64,000 nucleotides of DNA from Tubulanus polymorphus. Lineage: Eukaryota; Animalia; Nemertea. A program made the translations under genes and the position numbers. The stretch lies in contig NC_134025.1 in the NCBI RefSeq assembly GCF_964204645.1, forward strand, positions 22,362,299 through 22,426,298, read 5' to 3'. Each line of letters begins with the position of its first letter. Position 1 is the first letter of the stretch. This document shows positions 56,801-64,000 of the stretch, one piece after another. The notes below the pieces were generated by a model, which was given only the letters and a program-made list of their open reading frames with translations, did not search any database and was not told where the DNA came from.

Positions 56801-57880
56801 TTGAATATGACTTTGTTTCGTTAATCAGAGCGACATGATGCTATATTCGTGGTTGGTGCTTTGGATGAAACGTTGATGTTGAAAGGCATGAGATACCATC
56901 CTATAGACATTGAAAACAGTGTGCTCCGATGTCACCGTAAAATCTGTGAATGGTGAGTAGAATTTACATTAACATTAGATGGCATGTATGCTGCTTAAAG
57001 AATAGAGTGGGAAGATCTATTCAGGTGGCATAACCTAAGCTCTGTCACTGGCTGCATATGATTAAAGGTTACAGGATCTTTAAGCCTGGGGCTGATTGTG
57101 ACTTATTCTTGTCCGAGGCTTGGTTGTCATTGTGCACTGTCTATAGCACGGTTCCAACTGTCAGTAATCCTAAAGCCTAGTTCAGACAACAGATAGTTCT
57201 TGGCAAGTTCTTACGAAAGTGAAGAGATCCCGAGAGATCTATCTTGTTGATACTCTACTGAATTTTTTGATGGCATACTGATTATGATACATGTATGCTT
57301 CAGGAAATTCTTTTAATCCGTGCATAGCTTTGACTTTGATTGTGGCTAAACTAGACCTAACAGATATTTCGAGGCAGAGAGTGTTAAAACCTGTAAATTT
57401 AACTCATCCTCTCATAAAATTGCAACCATTCGGATGTATTTCTTTAAAAATAAATAAAACCGAGGGTGGGAAACCCCAATAGAGGCCTTTGACATGGCTG
57501 CTTTCCGAGAAATGCCTTTTCTGCTGGACCCCGGTCTTCCAATTTTCCTAGATCTGCCCCTGCCGTTGCATTCACGCTATCACAAATGAATTCTGTATAT
57601 TATTGCATTTCTTTTGATTTTTTTCAGCGCCGTATTTACCTGGACGAACCTTCTCGTCGTCGTCGTCGAATTGGACGGCAACGAAAACGAAGCGTTGGAT
57701 CTGGTCGCGTTGGTGACGAACGCCGTGCTCGAAGAACACCAACAAGTCGTCGGCGTCGTCGTCGTCGTCGACCCGGGGGTCGTGCCGATTAACTCGCGCG
57801 GCGAGAAACAGCGCATGCATCTGCGAGACGGATTCCTCGCCGATCAACTCGATCCGATTTACGTTGCGTACAACATGTAA
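14807..57880 (+). CDS. DIP2: Disco-interacting protein 2 homolog (DMAP1-binding region plus two AMP-binding/adenylate-forming domains)
   Basis: 37 exons: 14807-14891, 24237-24311, 25371-25463, 39769-39915, 40808-41086, 42073-42234, 43861-43919, 45153-45213, 45409-45482, 46585-46708, 47243-47445, 47608-47731, 47816-47919, 48142-48244, 48330-48394, 48497-48590, 48886-49005, 50748-50862, 51015-51154, 51240-51376, 51481-51561, 51650-51777, 51863-51947, 52236-52334, 52454-52586, 52671-52783, 53051-53134, 53225-53348, 53636-53817, 54095-54256, 54739-54869, 54970-55061, 55396-55643, 56105-56299, 56382-56556, 56829-56952, 57628-57880. Hallmarks: LAELDLELSEGDITQKGYEKK, KVSTKIQQLLNTLKRPKR, FQWMSRVLQAVDSIHQVG, C-terminal RDGFLADQLDPIYVAYNM*. 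Confidence 0.97.
18394..18667. repeat. DNA-transposon remnant with ~15-bp subterminal tandem repeats
   Basis: A ggtaaa(a/t)atcccccc-like unit repeats about five times at 18395-18470, with an inverted copy (gggggatttttacc) at ~18647-18661. Confidence 0.55.
21813..21873 (+). CDS. Candidate alternative first coding exon of DIP2 (MDTDDSDWEYCYFAEELGVK)
   Basis: ATG-initiated, 61 nt, ends at a consensus donor AA|GTAAGT in phase 1, in frame with exon 24237. CpG-rich upstream region at ~21230-21520. Confidence 0.5.
22141..22427. mobile_element. piggyBac-like MITE
   Basis: TIR ccctttcagtgc / gcactgaaaggg flanked by TTAA on both sides (22137-22140, 22428-22431). Internal palindromes tacaccgca(g/c)tgcggtgta. 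Confidence 0.88.
23394..23448 (+). CDS. Candidate alternative first coding exon of DIP2 (MRISPSCSPSFQKAFTAK)
   Basis: ATG-initiated, 55 nt, donor AAG|GTATTT in phase 1, in frame with exon 24237. Sits in a CT-rich and CpG-rich patch. Confidence 0.4.
25017..25241 (+). repeat. Degenerate ~125-bp tandem duplication in DIP2 intron 2
   Basis: The block gaaatcaacatt..caattcaaaa..ttaagta..ttcataaaca..aatcttgactttt occurs twice. Confidence 0.7.
31072..32380 (+). CDS. Large candidate alternative first coding exon of DIP2 (436-aa Ser/Pro/Arg/Gln-rich N-terminus)
   Basis: Longest ORF in the window, GC/CpG-rich and on the DIP2 strand. Composition drops to AT-rich right after the donor CAG|GTAAAT at 32380, which is phase 1 and in frame with exon 39769 (...RFLNS|EIRTEAV). 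Confidence 0.8.
35228..39523. mobile_element. Four copies of one MITE family (35228-35476, 35921-36280, 38854-39156, 39224-39523)
   Basis: Ends gccg(c/t)gatca... / ...gtgatc(g/a)cggc, with internal ggccaaatttggcc(c) palindromes. The first copy is inverted relative to the other three. Confidence 0.85.
36762..36837 (+). CDS. Candidate alternative first coding exon of DIP2 (MRKKAEKIPPARRFLQYIETLVYAT)
   Basis: ATG-initiated, 76 nt, donor CAG|GTTTGC in phase 1, in frame with exon 39769. CpG-rich context at 36480-36800. Confidence 0.35.
39975..40355. mobile_element. hAT-like MITE, inverted paralog of 62636-63031
   Basis: TIR cagtgttctcca / tggagaacactg. The interior (acatcgtggctgctgaagta, ttttcacattagctc, ctgattttcag..gggtggatgtaaaa) matches the reverse complement of the 62.7-63.0 kb copy. 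Confidence 0.85.
40373..40722. mobile_element. Cluster of abutting short palindromic MITEs
   Basis: ccagttccacag...ctgtggaactgg (40375-40471), a tttgagcaactg end fragment, and cagttcacaaaaaggattaa...ctttttgtagaactg units related to 63279-63376. Confidence 0.7.
40894..40920 (+). repeat. (GGA)9 coding microsatellite, poly-Gly in DIP2 exon 5
   Basis: cga (gga)9 cgt in the DIP2 frame. Confidence 0.9.
46724..46860. repeat. Degenerate DNA-transposon fragment with repeated agtgaacac motif
   Basis: agtgaaca(c) recurs about five times together with acctct, a pattern typical of transposon subterminal repeats. Confidence 0.45.
50677..50735 (+). repeat. Exact 26-bp tandem duplication at a DIP2 3' splice region
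   Basis: tgattttattctcctaaaagaactgt x2 plus tgatttt, ending 12 nt before the exon start at 50748. Confidence 0.9.
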
Positions 57881-60800
57881 TTCGCTACTAAACTCGCGTT
57901 ATGTCCTCGCGCGGTGACTATATTATTTCGGTTCATTCCATGTGCTGTCTGTCGTCACTCTGCGGTGCTCGCTGGATAACATTTTCGCGCAGCGTACAGG
58001 GAATATAGTCATATGCCTATTGCGAATAGACTACGCTATTAACACTCTGCAGTCCTTTCCAGTCCATCCTTGGTGCAGTGGCCGATAACGCCATTGCGGG
58101 ATATTTCTGGAAACTATGCGAAGATGCGCGCGCACGCGTGTGTACATTACTCCTATTGTCTCATAGGACGTTTGTGAAACGTGTCGTATCTTATACCTGC
58201 GGCGTGAAAAATATCGCGCGTTTGTCTCCTTGTTGTTCGTGAACCTCGAAAAAAGAAATGAAAACTCATTTTCCACATCTAAAAGAGTCGGTCATAATAT
58301 CGTTTATTCTTCATTCCTAAAAGGAATTAGATATTCATAAAAACGAATGCTAGTGTGCTAGTACTATCAGATGTTGAGAGATATTTCAAAACATAGCTAC
58401 GAAACGAATTCTTAGTGGCGTATGATAAAAACTTTTTATTGTATGCATGTGTCCAATAGGATTCATTATTGCCATTCGCACTAAACATTACTATACACTA
58501 AATATAGGCTATACACCGCGATGCAGAAAGAAGCACTGAGAAATCAATAGAATATGATTATAGCCCGTTAGGTTTGGCTAATTGATTAGCAGCCCTGATG
58601 AACTGTTAAGATACCGGTATGTTTTTGTTTAGAAAATATTAGAACACCAAATTCTATGCGATGGGTAATGAACAACGAGATGTTGATTCGATTTCATATG
58701 GTGATATTTGCTCAAAAAGATGCCGTTTGATTTCGTGCAAGCAAATTCCGTGTGATTTACATAACATATGTACATAAAAAAATAGTTTAGAGGTTAGATG
58801 CACTCACTTGCCATCAGAGAAGAGACAGTATGTGTGAAAAGCTGAATGCTGTGTTTTTGCCTTCGAGTCCACTTATTGATCAGATGTGACCAAAATGGTT
58901 AACTATATAGTTTGTGGGGTGGGCAAGAATTTGACTTGCAATCTTTTTCAAAAAATTCCGAGCTTCGAAATGTCTATTATTCCAACTATAATGGCCACGA
59001 TATTTTGTATCAAATTATGTCGCATGAACCTATTCGGCAGTGTAAAATCCTGTAAGAAATAGCCCCATTGCTAAAGATGAGACAAATCATAGTGGTTATT
59101 CAGAAGAACTTGAAATAGAAAAATTGTTTAGCCGTCAAAAGCCTCTCTAAAAATAGATTTAATTTTCTTCTCTAGTTTTAACTAATGAACCCGCGTTCAG
59201 ATCTTAATGAGTGAATGTTTTAAGATTAATTTATTTGTCAGTCAATCAGTTAGTCAGTCGATATTTTTTTTTCGTTGTTTTTCTTGAATAGTATGTGTGT
59301 CCGCGAGTCTTGAGTCTTTCATTTTCACAGTGTGTACATATTTGTAATTTAGAGAGTAGAGCAATTTACCTGAGATTGTAAATATATACATTAAATGCAT
59401 TATTATGTGTAAAATAACCAGCCATAGTATATATATATGTGTACATATTCAGCCACGTGGTAGTATTAATTTTTTTTTTTGATAATGCACGCATTATATT
59501 TGCTCATCCTCCCTCAGAAGGATACAAACCTGATGGCATCCCAATCTTTGATTTACAGTTATCAGAGTATGAAATCATCTATTGGAAATTCGATGAAATG
59601 ATTATTTCTATTTAGAAAATCTGATTGGGTCCGCGTATTTTTTTGCGATTACACCATCGAGTCTTGATGACATTAGGTTGTAGTCACTGCAGGGAAGGAT
59701 CGCGTCAAATATGCTTTTCACGATTTCATTAATTATAAAAACACTTGATTATTATTTATAATTTGTCGCAAGAAAAATGAACGGTTTTAGAAAGTCGTCA
59801 TTTCAACAGCTTTCTAACTGAATCTACCACTAATGACAACCAGCACAATGGCACAATCGGTTTTAATTTAATAAGCTAAAATTATTATAGTAATTATGAT
59901 AAACAATACTTATCAATTATTATTCAATTAATTAATTATGTTTTACGAAGGAGTTGTACTGTGAGTGTTTTTATAATTATCATTATTTTTATTGACCAGA
60001 TAGGAACTTCATCGAGTTGTCGCGAAGGCATAGTTGCAATACTACACGAAGACGTACGGATTTTGGTGTTGTTTTAAAATTTATTTCTAGTCATTTCAGT
60101 TGTGGCTAGCGTGCCGGCTGGAACTTTTGAATGAACGCAAACGATTCTCTTATTAACCAACTTGAAACCATGTTTTGATTCTAATATGAAAACTTACTGG
60201 AGCCTTTCGGGGAAGAGTAATTGTCGTAAACGAACTCACTGTGCCACAACATCAATCTTTTAATGAATTGTTTAAATATATGTGATTTGCTTCAGCAATT
60301 CAAAGAAAGGATGAAAAATATTTCCTGAATTCACTGTAATGAGATATGGATGATTTTAAGAGAACAATAACTGTTCGATATATTTGATCTGAAGTGAATG
60401 TCTATTCGCATAGACATAATATGTTATGAAATATTTCACATCCGACCTGGATTTTATAAGACTTTTAATCAGACATTTGAATTGGGTTTTATGATAAAAT
60501 CTGTACGGTTAGCCATCCCTGAGATTTTTTTCAAGTTTCGAGTAATACGTGGCATCTATCCTGTATAAATACATAATTTGAGCTGATTCTGTACATTACC
60601 ATTATATGAATTATATTTAGTTGTTTTGTAATCACGGCTCTCTTCATAACTTTTGCATATCTGGATCTTTATGTTGCCAGAAATGAAAATTAAATGCAAA
60701 AATGTTTTCTTAAATAAAGAAGCTCGTTCGTTTTCTTTGTCGGAGAGTTCCATTCACAGCAGCATCCAATGAAACCCTTAACAACACCTCCACAGTTGTT

Positions 60801-61907
60801 GAGTGTCATGTCCTCGTAAGTGCAGGAGTTGAACTAGACTGCAAGCAATTGAGATGATTGCTCGTAGAAATAGATATCTAAAAAAAACACGAGGATACGA
60901 AGACTATGCTTATATCGTCATGGCATATACTGCCCCCAGTATTGTGGAAACGTTACCGTATACCTTCGATATACCCTACGCTTGTACCATATTACTCTCA
61001 GATCATATGGATGTTGCCAGTCCTGGCTGATACGACAAGAGCGTAGTATGAGTCAACTGTACTAGAAAATTTCTGCACAAAGGCATTTAGAGCTCATAGT
61101 TCACTGAAGATGCGCCAGACAAGGCAGAAAATCTAATAACCCTGCCCTGATACACCAGGGAAAATGAAGGATGTGTCTTAAAATGAAAATGAACTGCCGT
61201 ACGAATATACCGGTAACTATGAATTCAAAACCTGATGACATCTTGATCTCAAATGTTGGTGAACTCGAGTAGAACCAGAAATAATGACACTCTTGAAAAC
61301 CAATAGATTAATACCGGTATATACAATATTTCATTCGTGAATATACAAAAAGTACAATACTTCTTTCTCTTCAATGGCATGAACATCTTTTCCACGAGTG
61401 CATTCACAATGAGAATGAAAATACTTTTGACACTATTCTCATAGCGAAAAATTTCAATTAATTTATTCATAATTGATTTATCTAAAAATGAATAAATGCA
61501 GATTCACAAAAACACTTGGGGTGCACATAGCACTGTGGTAGTAGCTTATGGTTGACAGTTTGGCAATATTTGAAAGCATGATACGGATCTTCTTTGATGC
61601 AATGATTTATTATGCGAGGAAAGGTAAAAAATTCAATGATCCTCATTTCTAGAAATTCATGATTCAATACACAAATTGACTCGATGCTTCTTCTATCACA
61701 TGATTCTAGTGTCAAGAAATCCTCCCTGTTAAAACACCTTTTACAAGGTTGAATGTTAATTCAATATCACAACACTAGCCAGCGCGTGAGCACCTGAGTT
61801 AGAACACAGAGTACACAGACAGACTATCAGTTTTTTTACGCGAACGTCATCAATGTTCGACGACTGAGTTTAAAGGCACATACACTTCACTCGAGACAGT
61901 CGTGTCA

Positions 61908-63882
<1,975 letters not shown>

Positions 63883-64000
63883 TCTATTTATTTTTATTTT
63901 TAGTTAAAAAGAAGCCAGGGATGGTAGGGATAAAATCAATTAAGGAGAACTGCATCTGTCATTATAGTTAGAGGTGAAGTTGTTGAATGACGATGTAGCA

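Noticed and set aside
55331-57847. Minus-strand ORFs over the last DIP2 exons
   Set aside because: They are antisense shadows of conserved DIP2 coding sequence.
60778-61026. Possible two-exon minus-strand peptide QDWQHPYDLRVIWYKRRVYRRYLFL...WRCC*
   Set aside because: No start or upstream in-phase exon links to it, I recognise no homology, and it lies in the 3' UTR zone. Probably chance.

Overview
This is AT-rich genomic DNA from an intron-rich eukaryote, most likely an invertebrate animal (inferred from gene content and MITE-laden introns). Five protein-coding genes were reconstructed by hand from GT-AG junctions with consistent reading phase. In order: the 3' end of a delta/zeta-class tubulin (+, 136-887), KRIT1/CCM1 (-, ~2973/3053-8677), CNPPD1 (-, 11430-14600), a 37-exon DIP2 gene (+, 14807-57880) and a SOSS-B/NABP single-stranded DNA-binding gene (-, 61908-63882) that the ORF track misses. 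CNPPD1 and DIP2 are head-to-head, with start codons 206 bp apart. The most notable unexplained structure is in the large 5' introns of DIP2: four candidate alternative first coding exons, all ending in phase-1 donors, one encoding 436 aa of disordered sequence, plus two candidate symmetric cassette exons further downstream. Also present are a young 1.2-kb foldback transposon with ~510-bp arms and an 8-bp TSD upstream of KRIT1, a ~390-bp highly foldable segment of unknown identity, a degenerate hammerhead-like core inside an inverted repeat, and many MITEs. Family assignments rest on recalled motifs, not database searches, and no isoform has transcript support here.
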